This document shows, in pieces, positions 22,125 through 34,344 of a stretch of 64,000 nucleotides of DNA (positions within the stretch are counted from its first letter, which is position 1; each line of letters opens with the position of its first letter). Below the pieces are notes generated by a model. That model worked only from the letters and a program-made list of their open reading frames with translations, did not search any database and was not told the origin of the DNA. The position numbers and the translations under genes were made by a program. The DNA is taken from positions 2,790,001 to 2,854,000 of the forward strand of contig JANHCV010000001.1 in the NCBI GenBank assembly GCA_025594325.1. The letters are read 5' to 3'. The DNA comes from Blastocladiella emersonii ATCC 22665 (lineage: Eukaryota > Fungi > Blastocladiomycota).

Positions 22125-23325
22125 CTACTTGTGGTGCGCCCTTGGTGGCGCGGGAACCGTGAAGCCGTTTCCTGGCGACGCGGGCGCGGGCAAGATCCGA
22201 CTCGACGAGAGCGCGGCCATCGGGATACTGGACCCGCTGCGGTGCGCTGGGACGTGGTACTCCTCGAGCATGCTCGAGACGTTGGGCGCGGGCCGATGGA
22301 CCACGAGCGCGACCGTCGACACGAGAAAGTCGAGACCGAGCGCGGCGTAGATCCGCGTGTACACGGCAGCGAGGTCGGAGACGACCAGGTTGCCGCGGGC
22401 CGACAAGTACGCGATGGCGAGCACGAGCGCGAGCAAGAGCGCGATGCCCTGGCTCAGAGCGATTCGGCGCGACTTGTGCGACGACCACGAGTTCCACGAA
22501 CGGCTCGCGTGCCAGAGTGGGGCGAGGAGCATCGACTGCGGCCGTTTGGCGTCGACTGCCGCACTAGCCGGCTCGGTCGCGGCCGTGGAGCGGAGCGGAG
22601 TCAGGTCGCGCCGCGCCGCGCGCCACGTGTGGTAGTACGCGAGGTCGACCGAATTGGGCGCCTCGATGTGAACTTCGGGCGCCGACGAGCGCTGGAATGA
22701 ATCGAAGCGGACGCGAATGCCGGAGAAGTCGCGGTCCAGCCGCGAGAGCGAGTAGATGAGGATGACCGAGAGCGTAGCATCGAGTACAAGACTAGGAGCG
22801 CGTTGTGTGATGCGTGAGTGATGGACAGAGTCGCGGAGAGCGGTAAGCATGAGCGTACCCCCAAACGAACGGAATCGACTTGAGAATGCGCGCCGTCGAA
22901 CGGCGCAGGACGACCTCGTCGACGATGCGGAAGCAGAGGAATCCAGTGAACAGGACGACCGTGGCCACCATCAGCGCGCGCGGAATCCACCGCGGCCATG
23001 ACGGATATAAGCAGGCGAAAACTTGCAACTTGTACAGGCTGAGGCAGGAATACAGCATGACGCCGATCTGTGTCATCAAAAACATGAATAGCGTGACATA
23101 ATCGAGGTAATTTTGCTTGTTGCGGACGAGGAGCAGCCCAACCCACACGCCGATGTCGCCCGCGACGAAGGCAATCCACTGCAGGAGGACGAGGAGATAG
23201 AAGAGCGTCCGGCGCTCCTTGTACTTGATGGCCGAGAAGACGAGGCCGCCGAGGCTCACGACGAAACCGGGGCTCAGCACGAGCAGCGTGCGGCCAACGT
23301 CCTGTACCCAGTTGACGAGGACCAT
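22125..23325 (-). CDS. Orphan seven-transmembrane (GPCR-like) protein, ~377 aa
   Basis: ATG at 23325 (MVLVNWVQ); one intron at 22792-22858. Seven hydrophobic segments with a long polar loop between TM5 and TM6. Confidence 0.6.
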
Positions 23326-23677
23326 CGGGCTCGGTCCAGCCGAGTCGAGGGGGGTGGAGATGATGATGGCCGGGAGGATACGGCAGGAGCACGGGCTCTC
23401 TATGAATCTATGAGGTCTAGGCGTTGCAGGGAGTACGGCCTCACTGCGCTTGCATTTGCTACGTTTGTGCTCCGCGATGCGGGGAAAGCAGTTTGAGATG
23501 AGAGGAAACAACAGTTGTCGGTGGACAAACAAGGCCGGTCGAGCTAAGCCACCACCAGCCACCATGGTAGCCACATGCGCGTGAGCGGGCGCGTCGCGTC
23601 TCAGCGGTCGCGTCGCGTCACTCGCTTTGTTCGACTCTCTTGCTCTGCTCCCGCAAATAACGCATATTATTATGGTG

Positions 23678-26256
23678 TCATGCAGTGCCACTTGTGCCGC
23701 TTGATGACCCAGCAACTGCTGAGGCCGCCGCCACCGTTTGCGCCTTGGCCTTCTCCGCCCAGATCTCGCGGTTCGTCGCGAGGGTCGCGAGAATCGGTTG
23801 CACGGCCGTGTACGAGTTGAAGGCCGTGAAGAGCGGACTAACGACGTAGTCAATGAAACCGAGCTGGCTACTCGCGAGGTTGACCTTCTCGCGGTCCTGT
23901 GTGGGCGCGACAAGTCAGTTGTCATCGCAATGACGGCGAAGAGCAGAGGCAACGTACCATAAACGGCGAAACGTCCAGGCCCATCTTGCGCTCCGTGTCG
24001 CCTTGCCGGAAGAACTCGGCAATGATGAGCTTGTACCACTTCTCGTACAGCGACCAGTGCTTGGTCGGGTTGCCAACGTCCGCGCACTTCATCATCATCT
24101 TGAACAGCGTGACGCGGTCCTCGCGGTTGGTCTCCGGGTCGAGCGTGCCCTGCGTCGCGCGGTTCTTGAACAGCGAGATGATGGGCAGGTGTTGCGCGAG
24201 GTCCGTCGCGAGCACCATCTCGATGACAATCTCGCGGAAGTTCTTGAAGTCAGACTTGGGGAGACCCTCGAGGAAGTTGCACTCGGGGCGGCGAAGAATG
24301 TTGAACGAGGACGCGAGGTGATGGTTCTCGAGGACGGCGCGGTCGTTGTACAGGATGGAGCGCGGATCCTGCGTGTTGATCAGGAACAGGTTGTTGAATC
24401 CCGGGTGGTCATAGTCGTGGATCGCTACACAAGAGTTGTAGAAGAGTCAGTTGTCGCGATCGGCCACGCGGTGATCGTGAAAGCGAACCGGCAGCAACAA
24501 AGATGGCCATGAGCTCGACGTCGCCGAGCACCTTGCTGATCTCGGGCAGCTGCGTGAACACGGAAATGCTGTGCAGTACGTCGGCGGCGTGAAGACGGTT
24601 GTGGTAGGGCAGGTCCGAGTGGTAGCCGTTTTCGATGGTCACGGCGAACGACCAAAAGCGGTTGCCGGGAATCGCGAACGCGGCAAACAAGTTATGCCGC
24701 TTGAAGAGTTGGAAGAGCATGCACGAGAGCGGCTGGTTCGTCGTCGCGTCCGCGTACTCAAACACCGGGAAGTTGTAGTCGGGAAGCAGCATCGCGTAGT
24801 GTTCGAGGGTGGCGGGACCGAGGTCAGGCTGCGAGCGGCCCTCCTGCGTGGAACTCGTGTCGAGCGACGAGGTGATGGAGCGCGACACCCCACCGATCTC
24901 GGGCGTACCGGGGACCGGCAGCGACTGCCGGCGGCTCGGTACAGGCTCGGGTGTCGACGGCGGATGTTGCGGGATCTGGGAGGAGCCCATGGAGCCCGTT
25001 ATACTGGCGACGGCGACCACGTTGCTGCCGCGCCGGCGGGTACTCGAGCCACGGCCGCGAATCTCACCGCGGCGGCGAGCAATCTCGGAGAAGAGCCACG
25101 CCTCCTGCTCGTTGTCCATGCGGACGCCGCGCTCGGACAGGTCCTTTTCGAAATCAGGCGTGAGCAGGTTACTCGATGTAAGCAGAGTCAGGATGTGGCC
25201 GAGTTTCATGGTGACGTGAGGCGAGAGCGCGGTCTCCGCCATGCAGCTCCTGACGAGGTCGATGCTGCGCTCCAGTGGAGAGTCGAACTCCTTGTGGCTG
25301 AGCTGGGCCGTCTTCTGGATGCTCTTGAGTTGGTGATTCAGGCGTTGGTTCGCGCGCTCCATGTTGCGCTGCGAGCGGAACTGCATACGCTGGAACACCT
25401 CGAGCTCGTACGACGTGATGGCGATGACGATGGTTGAAGCGATCAGGAGCGCGGCGAAGAGAAAGAGCGGAAAGAAGTTGTCCGAGACGGACAAGTTCGA
25501 GTTGAAGTTGATCGCGATCTGAATCCCGTTGATCACGATGAACGAGACGACGATGACGGTACACGCCACGGTCGCATAAACGAAGCGGATGCGCATGGAG
25601 ATGAAGTAGGCGAAGATGAAGCCCGTCTGGATCATGCACGAGACGAGAACCTGGGCCGACGGCTCCATGACGAAAAAGCGAACGGCGAGGCCGAATACGG
25701 CGCCGATGACCACGACTGCACTCGAGATGGCGTGGAGCCAGCGCGAGAACTGGGACGCCGGGAAGCGCCGCGAGGCGTAGAGTGCAGCGGATCCTGGGAT
25801 CAGAACGAACGCGAGATAGAAGAGTAGGTCTTTCCAGACGTCGTAAGACTCGGTGCAGCCCGAGGGCAGACATGTCGAGCAAAAGTAGCCGAGGGGACAG
25901 TGCTGTGCGAGCTCTGTGGCCGGAAACTGGCGCGTGGAGCGGAACTCGGCGAGGCGCGCCACGTCGGCGGGCGTTTTCGCCATCGAATAGAGATAGAGGG
26001 CCGAGCAGGCCACGAGCACGGCCGTCAACCCGTTCCGCCAGCGGTAAATGTTGCGCTCGTAAAAATACTTTTCATAGTCGCGCTCCTCGGCAGCGTCGTG
26101 AAACGACAAGCTGAACTTGCGCATGAGCGAGGGCGGCTGCGCCTGGCCCTGGCTCTTGGACACGTCGGACATGGAGAAGGAGACCGGGGCCTGGTCCGTA
26201 GACCTAGGCTGCTTCGAGTGATCAAGCTTCTTCGACTTCATGGTGACATGTTTCAT
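23678..26256 (-). CDS. Membrane-bound class I 3',5'-cyclic nucleotide phosphodiesterase (~6 TM N-terminus)
   Basis: Catalytic motifs YHNRLHAADV, HDYDHPG, LENHH, TDL, KCADVGNP, EFFRQGD.E and SQLGFIDY are all intact. Hydrophobic N-terminal module. Introns near 24429-24480 and 23897-23958. Confidence 0.9.
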
Positions 26257-26535
26257 CGGTTTGTCATGGGTTGAAGGTGGTTGAATCGGCTGCAAGAAGC
26301 TGAAGCTAATCGCGAGCTCCGGCCAAGCATTGCCTCGACTCCAGACGCTTCCCAGCGCCGTCTTGCATGCGAAACATTGACGAGAAGTTCCACAGCTCGG
26401 ACAAAACGCGTGAGAAACGCGTCGACCCGCGCGTGAGACACCGAGTGCGAGACATCACGTGATGGTTTCACAGGATTCGTCGCGCGCGCCGATCTTCTCC
26501 CCGTCTCCGCGGCCTTGGATGCAGACGCCGCAAAA

Positions 26536-28744
26536 ATGACGAGAAAGCGCATGGACTACTCGCAAGAGCTTCTGGGGCCCGAGGTGGTCGACCGGCTTCG
26601 CCGTGCTCGCGTCCTCATGGTGGGCGCGGGCGGCATCGGGTGTGAGCTGCTCAAGAACCTCGCCCTCACGGGGTTCGGCCACATTGAGATCGTACGGCGA
26701 CTCTCCACTCTCGCTCAAGGCAGATGAGTCCTCACCTGCACTCTTTTTTTCGCAAGGTCGACCTCGACACGATCGACGTGACCAACCTCAACCGCCAGTT
26801 CCTGTTCCAGCGGCAGCACGTCTCCAAGAGCAAGGCCCACGTCGCGCGCCAGACAGCGTCCAAGTTCAACGACCAGGTCACCATCGTGTCGCACCACGGC
26901 AACATTAAGGACCCGCAGTTCGACCTCGCGTGGTTCAAGTCGTTTGACATGGTCTTTAACGCTCTCGACAACCTTGGTGCGTGATCCTTGGAACGGGGGC
27001 ATCCTGTTCGCGTGAGCTGACGCTGCGCCCGCGTATAGAGGCTCGGCGCCACGTCAACCTGCTGTGCGTCGCGGGCGGCGTCCCGCTCATTGACGCTGGT
27101 ACCGGCGGCTACCAGGGCCAGTCTACGATCATTGTCCCCGGCCTGACCGAGTGCTACGACTGCCACCCGAAGCCGACGCCCAAGACGTTCCCCGTGTGCA
27201 CGATTCGGAGCACGCCCTCGGCGCCGATCCACTGCATCGTGTGGGCCAAGAACTTCCTCTTCCCGTACAGTTTCGTGTCGAGCCGATCAGCTGCATGGGT
27301 GCTCACCGCGTATCGATGTTTGTGTAGGCTGCTGTTCAACACCGAATCCGAGGACAACGGGTCGGCTTCGATGCACGACGACACAGAGAATGGTACGCTC
27401 ATGCGAATTCGACGAGCGCCACCCGGTCTCACTCCCGTCCTTCTCGATCCGCGTAGCCAACCAGGTCGAGGAGCTCGCACGCGAGGCCGAGACCCTCAAG
27501 CGCCTGCAGGCGGCCGCCAACACGCCCGAGTACGCGTCCATGGTGCTCAAGAAGCTGTACCAGACCGACATTCTTCGCCTGCTCGACGCCAAGGACATGT
27601 GGAAGGTGCGCGTGCCGCCGACCCCGCTCGACGTCGACCACCTCGCTGGCGCCGTTCGCGCGGCTACCGCTGGACTCGCGCTCGAGCCTGTCCGCGACCG
27701 GAACCAGCGCGTGCTGTCGACCGAGGAGGCTATCGCGCTCTTCCTGACAAGGTACGATCGCTCCTCAGCCAAAATCTCAGTGGTAGGACAGCTGCTGACG
27801 GATACTACCACTCCATAGCACCGCCCGCCTCGGCGCCCGGTTCGCCAAGGACGGCAGCCAGCACTTTGACAAGGACGACACCGATGCCATGGAGTTTGTC
27901 GCTGCGGCCGCGATCCTGCGCAGCATCGTGTACCACATCAAGCCCATCAAGTCGGTGTTCGAGATCAAGTCCATGGCGGGCAACATCGTCCCGATCGTCG
28001 GGACCACCAACGCCATCATTGCCGGGTGCATGGTCCACCACGGCATGCAGGTCCTGCAGGGCCACGTCACCAAGGATCTGGCGCCCAACGGCCGCCCGAA
28101 CCTCAAGGCGCGGCTGCCGCCGTCGACCATGACGCTCGTGTCCCGCCCGACCAACATCCTGTCGCGCGCCAACCTGTCGCCGCCCGTGCCCGAGTGCGGC
28201 GTGTGCTCGTCGCAGTACCTTCACGTCGCCCTCGACGTGACCAAGACGACGATCGGCGAGCTGCTCGAGATGGTCGCCGAGAACTGCGCGGCCCTCCCCG
28301 TCGACAACGTGTCCCTGGTGCACGACGGCCGGTACGTCCACTTTCCTCGACGCATCGTGTGATCCCGAGACTCATGAGCTGTCGCACTACCTCCTTTGTA
28401 GCGGCCTGTACGACCCCGACGACGACGACATGCTTGAGCGCACCCTGGCCAGCGTCAGCGTCCCTCCGCACCACGCGTTCCTGCGGATCACGGCCTACGA
28501 CCAGGACGACCTGATCGTGCAGCCGCTGATCGTGTACCTCGAGGCCAGCCAGGGCAAGCCTGGCATCGAGCTCAAGGGCAAGTTTCCGACGCTCCAGACG
28601 CACAAGCCGGTCCCCAAGCCGGCCGCGCCCAAGGCCACGGTCGACGTCGAGGACGACGACGACGAACTCTTGATCGTTGACACGTCCAACTCGACGGGCG
28701 CGGTCCAGGTCGACGACGATGACGACATCATCATGGTCGACTGA
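26536..28744 (+). CDS. UBA2: SUMO-activating enzyme subunit 2
   Basis: [39 protein letters not shown], catalytic [33 protein letters not shown], and C-terminal SIM-like DDELLIVD / DDDIIMVD. Multi-exon. Confidence 0.95.
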
Positions 28745-28908
28745 TAGCTTTTGTTATTTCATGGTTGTGTGCGGCCCGTGAGGACGAGAAGAAATGCAGT
28801 TGTTCACCGAGCCGCGTCGCCCTGTTTGCTGCTCCTCACCCCTCGCCGATCCTGCTACGAATCAACACTACCTCCAGCAATCACTTGCTGCAAGGGCACT
28901 GAGCGACC

Positions 28909-30626
28909 ATGAGTGTCCTCCTGGAAACCTCGCTCGGCGACATCGTTGTCGACCTGCTGGTTGACGAGTGTCCGCGGACGTGCACCAACTTCCTGAAGCT
29001 GTGCAAGATCAAGTACTACAACTTCAACCTCTTCTTCAACGTGCAGCGCGACCTGCTGATCCAGACGGGCGATCCCGAGGGCTCCGGGTCCGGCGGCCAG
29101 TCCGTGTGGGGCGTGATCGAGTCCGGGTCGCGGTCCCTCCGCGACAAGGACGCCGCCAAGAAGGTGAAGTCGCCCGCGGCCTACTTCCCCGCCGAGGTGC
29201 ACCCGAGCCGCAAGCACACGGAGCGCGGGCTCCTGTCCATGGCCATCGCGGGCGCCGACCCGACCACGGGCCGCGGGTACTGCGGGTCGCAGTTCATCCT
29301 GACCACGGGCGACAAGTGCAGCTACCTCGACGGCCGCGCCGCCGTGTTCGGCAGGGTCGCCGAGGGCATGGACGTGATCGACAAGATCAACAACGTGTTT
29401 GTCGACGAGAAGGGACGCCCGTTCCAAGACGTGCGGTACGTTCCGGGTCCGCCGCATGCGCGACATGTGGAACCGCTCACTGACGCGTTTTGCTGCGTAG
29501 GATCAAGCACACGATCATCCTCGACGACCCGTTCCCGGACCCCGACGGCCTCGAGGTGCCGGACCGCTCGCCCGATCCGCCGCGCGAGGCGCTCGAGGGC
29601 GTGCGTCTCGCCGAGGACGAGGTGCTCGGCGAGGACGAGGACCCGGCCGCGGTCGAGGAGCGGCGGCGCAAGCAGGAGGCGTCGAGCCACGCGCTGACGC
29701 TGGAGATGATGGGCGACCTGCCGTTTGCCGAGATCAAGCCGCCCGAGAACATCCTGTTCGTGTGCAAGCTGAACCCGGTAACGCGCGACGAGGACCTCGA
29801 GCTGATCTTCTCGCGGTTTGGCAAGATCAACAGCTGCGAGGTGGTGCGCGCCAAGGACACGGGCGAGTCGCTGTCGTACGCCTTCATCGAGTTCGACGAC
29901 CGCAAGGCGTGCGAGGCCGCGTACTTCAAGATGGACAACGTCCTGATCGACGACCGCCGCATCAAGGTCGACTTCTCGCAGTCCGTGTCCAAGCTGCACC
30001 GCGACTGGCTCGCCGGCCGCAAGCGCCGCATGGCCGGGTTTGGCGGGTTCTCAAACCTCCAGCGTCGCACCCAGTACCGCGAGGAGGACGGCATCGGCGG
30101 CAGCGGTAGCAGTGGGCCCAACACCCTCATCTTCGAGCACGACTCGGACCTGCGCGCTGGCCTCGAGGTCCCCAAGGACGGCGAGCACGAGGTCGAAGGC
30201 ATTCCGCTGAGCCCGCGCTCGCGGACGCTCTCGATCACGTCGGTCCCGCCCCCGCCGCCCCCGGCGGCTGTGCGGCCGCACGCGCCGTCGAGCCGGTCCA
30301 GCTCGCGCCACGACATGCATGACCGCCGCTCGTCGCGCGACCGCAGCAGCCACGCGGCGGACCGCTCGCGCGCGTACGACGACCGCGACCGGCCGCGCGA
30401 CCGGGACCGTGACCGCGATGCTGGTCGCCCCCGCGGCGACGGCCACGGGCGGCGTGACGGCGAGCGGGACCGACACGAGCGCCGCCATGACCGCGACCGC
30501 GACCGCGACCGCGACCATCGCGACGGAGACCGGGACCGGGACTACCGCAGCGACCGTCACGGCCGGGATCGGGATCGTGACCGCAGTCACGACCGGAGCA
30601 GCAGGCGAGAGTACAGCCGCCGCTAG
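28909..30626 (+). CDS. PPIL4: Cyclophilin-RRM protein (PPIL4/Cyp6/Rct1) with RD-rich tail
   Basis: [16 protein letters not shown]...[11 protein letters not shown]; RRM segment [28 protein letters not shown]...YAFIEF...[18 protein letters not shown]. Intron ~29435-29500. Confidence 0.95.
30489..30516 (+). repeat. (GACCGC)n hexamer encoding RD dipeptides in the PPIL4 tail
   Basis: gaccgcgaccgcgaccgcgaccgcgacc read directly. Confidence 0.85.
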
Positions 30627-30727
30627 AACAATACATGTCCACTGACTGGCAAACCAAAGCATGGAGCGAGGCAAGACAAAACTGGAATCACAACCAAGAT
30701 AGAAATAACAAACAATAACAACATCCT

Positions 30728-33187
30728 CTACCCGCTGCACATGACGCACTCGTCGCGGTTGTCGATGGAGCACGTCATCTGGGCCATCTTCTCCTCGACG
30801 TCGGCGACGGGGTCGGCCGTCTCCTGCTTCTTGAGGGCCTGCTGGTCGACCGTGAACTTGATAGCGTCGGCAGCGGGGCGGGACCGGAGGTAGTACATGC
30901 CGGTCTTGAGGCCCGAGCGCCACCCGTGGAAGTGCATGCCCGTGAGCTTGCCAAAGTTGGGGTCGGCAATGTGGATGTTGAGCGACTGCGACTGGTCAAT
31001 GTAGGCGCCGCGGTCGGCGGCCATGTCGATGATGGCGCGCTGTGGGATCTCCCACACGGTGCGGTAGATCTTCTTGAGCTCGGCGGGGATCTCGGGCACG
31101 TTGGCCACGGACCCGTTGTCGGCGATGATGCGGTTCTTGATGGCGTCGGTCCACAGGCCGAGCTCGACGAGGTCGTGCAGCAGGTGCGGGTTGACGACCT
31201 GGAACTCGCCCGCGAGCACGCGCCGCGTGTACAGGTTGGACGTGTACGGCTCGAAGCACTCGTTGTTGCCGAGGATCTGCGACGTAGACGCCGTCGGCAT
31301 GGGCGCCATGAGCAGCGAGTTGCGCACGCCGTGCCGCTTGACCTTGGCCCGCAGCGCGTCCCAGTCCCACAGGCCCGAGTCGGGCGTCACGCCCCACATG
31401 TCGAACTGCAGCTGCCCGCGTGACACGGGCGAGCCCTCGTACGTCGAGTACGGGCCCTCGATGGCCGCGAGCTCGGCCGACGCCTCGAGCGCCGCGTGGT
31501 ACATGGTCTCGAAAATGTGCTTGTTGAGGGTGCGGGCGCGGTCGTCGTCGAACGACATGCGCATCTTGATGAACACGTCGGCGAGCCCCTGCACGCCGAG
31601 GCCGACGGGGCGGTGGCGGAAGTTGGAGTTGGACGCCTCGACGACCGGGTAGTAGTTGATGTCGATGATGCGGTTGAGGTTGCGGGTCATGACCTTGGTC
31701 ACGTCGTGCAGCTTCTTGAAGTTGAACGAGTCCTTGCCCTCGACAAAGGCCGGGAGCGAGACCGACGCGAGGTTGCACACGGCCACCTCGTCGGGCGCCG
31801 TGTACTCGACAATCTCCGTGCACAGGTTGCTGCACCGGATCGTGCCGAGGTTCTGCTGGTTCGACTTGCGGTTGCACGCGTCCTTGTACAGCATATAGGG
31901 CGTGCCCGTCTCGACCTGCGACTCGAGGATCGCAAACCACAGCTTCTGGGCGGGGATCGTCTTGCGGGCGCGGCCCTCGCGCTCGTACCGCTCGAACAGG
32001 GCGACAAACTCGTCGCCCCACACGTCGGCGAGGCCGGGCGCCTCGGCGGGGCAGAAGAGCGACCAGTCGCCGTTGGCCTCGACGCGCTGCATGAACAGGT
32101 CGGGGATCCACAGCGAGAAGAAGAGGTCGCGGGCGCGGGCCTCCTCCTTGCCCGTGTTCTTCTTGAGGTCCAGGAACTCGAAGATGTCGGCGTGCCACGG
32201 CTCGAGGTAGACGGCAAAGGCGCCGGGCCGCTTGTTGCCGCCCTGGTCGACGTAGCGGGCCGTGTTGTTGAAGACGCGCAGCATGGGGACGAGGCCGTTG
32301 GACACGCCGTTGGTGCCGGCAATGTACGAGCCCGAGGCGCGGATGTTGTGCACGTTGAGGCCGATGCCGCCGGCCGACTTGGAGATCATGGCGCACGTCT
32401 TGAGCGTCTCGTAGATGCCCTCGATCGAGTCGTCCTTCATGGCGACGAGGAAGCACGACGAGAGCTGCGGGCGCGGGGTGCCCGAGTTGAAGAGGGTGGG
32501 CGAGGCGTGGGTGAAGAACTTGAGCGACATGAGGTTGTACGTCTCGATGGCGAGGTCGATGTTGGCGCCGTGGATGCCGATGGCGACGCGCATCAGCATG
32601 TGCTGCGGGCGCTCGGCGACCTTGCCGCTGACCTTGAGCAGGTACGAGCGCTCGAGCGTCTTGAACCCAAAGTAGTTGTAGCCGTAGTCGCGCTCGTAGT
32701 CGATGGCGGCGTTGAGGCGGTCGGCGTTGGCCATGATGACCTTGTACGTCTCCTCGGAGAGCATGGGCGAGGGCTTCTGGTTGATGGGGTTGACGTAGTT
32801 GAAGAGGTCGGTCATGACGTCGGTGAAGACGGGCTTGGTCTCCTTGTGCAGGTTGGACACGACGATGCGGGCGGCGAGCGACGAGAAGTCCGGGTGGGTG
32901 GTGGTCATGTAGGCGGCGGTCTCGGCGGCGAGGTTGTCGAGCTGGACCGTGGTCACGCCATTGTAGACGCCCGAGATGACCTTCTGGGCCACGGCGGCGG
33001 GGTCGACAAAGTCCTTGTTGAGGCCGTAGCACAGCTTGGCGATGCGGGCCGTGATCTTGTCGAAGGCGACCTCCTCCTTGCGCCCGTCTACGTAACAGGA
33101 GAGAGATGGCGGTCAGTTCCGCGAGTCGAGCGAGGGAACGCATGCGAGAAACCGGTGCGTACCGCGCTTGACGACAAACATGGTCAT
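30728..33187 (-). CDS. RNR1: Class Ia ribonucleotide reductase large subunit
   Basis: MFVVKR ATP-cone start, [48 protein letters not shown] and C-terminal CVMCSG. One intron near 33089-33162. Confidence 0.98.
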
Positions 33188-34344
33188 GGTTGGAGCGAAT
33201 TCGGGGACAGAGGTCGGCGGGTCGGTGGTCGAGCAAGCGAGTTCGGTCGTCGGAGGTAGCGGAGCGCGAATCGGATAGCTGGCGCGCAATCGAGCGGGTC
33301 AGTTCTGATTTTCCATGGCGTTTGGGAGACAGTCCATGTCCCGAGGCCGCGCGACCATGGTCCGCGGCGGACGCCCGCGATTCGCGCGGCTGCCGGTCAG
33401 AGGCGTTCATGAGCATGCATACCCGAGCGGAGTGGGTTGCAGGCAGTCTAGAGACAGCTACGTGGTGGCTCAGGGCGGCCGGGTCGGGTGTCCGCAGAGG
33501 GTGGCAGCGGCGCGGTTTTGAAGGGCGCGGCCGCGTGGGACGAGGCGCGCGGCCGCTCGGTCAGCGACCGCTGGGACGCACTCGGCCGCGCGCGAATGAG
33601 GTGGGAACTGGCCACGTGAGCCACACCTGAGTGGCGGAGCGGGTCGCTGCCCGTGCTTTGCTCTCGTCAGCCTAGTGGTGGCGCAGCCGGCGAGCCCAAC
33701 CCTTCGCTGACTCAGTGGTCGGCAGCCGGCGCCGCCGCCGTCGGGATGACGAGCGCGGGACTCTGCCCTCGTGGCACGAGCCCGCGTGTGGGACTTCTCG
33801 ACCCTGAGACAGGTCCGCGCGAGCCTCACGGCCACGGGCACCAGGATGAGGTGCGGCCACCGTGGTCTTGTCCGGCGAAAGCGCGCAAGCGACTTTGCTC
33901 GAGGGGCGAGACAAACGCGTCTCGCACAAGGGGCGCGTGAGCGGCGTGATCTCAGCCGACCGCTTGACCACGCGCGCTACCTTCCCTCGCGGCGAAGCGC
34001 AGGCGCGGCGCGTCCAAGTCAGCGCGCCTCGGGTGAAACAGGCCCCCTCTCCCCGCACGCTGCGCTCCATCGCCGCGGCAACTTGCAGCAACCGCCCCAC
34101 CGCGTCGCGAACCGCCTCGTCGACCCGTGCGGCCCGCGCGTCCCTGCCCCTCGCCGCCGTGTCCGCGCCGTATCCGACCCGCACACCGCACCGCTTCATC
34201 CCGTCGCGCGACTCGTCGGACGCCCGAACCGTACGCCCTGTTGTGCTGCACCCGTCCCGCCACGCGTCGCTGACGCGCGGAGCCCGTGTAGTAAGCAGGT
34301 CCACTCGGCGGTCTCAGGTCGTCGACCATCCGCTACCTGTCACC

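Noticed and set aside
22125-26256. Rhodopsin-PDE or split light-sensing module
   Set aside because: Neither the 7TM protein nor the PDE TM region has the helix-7 retinal-binding Lys or other opsin motifs.
21341-30626. Two cyclophilins as a tandem duplication
   Set aside because: They belong to different ancient subfamilies (PPIH and PPIL4) with different architecture and introns.
31496-33259. Long antisense or alternative-frame ORFs (e.g. 1189..2799, 4720..6672, 15183..17540, 31496..33259, 51653..53851)
   Set aside because: They mirror real genes with strong GC3 bias, which removes stops on the opposite strand. The translations are low-complexity R/G/V/A-rich with no motifs.
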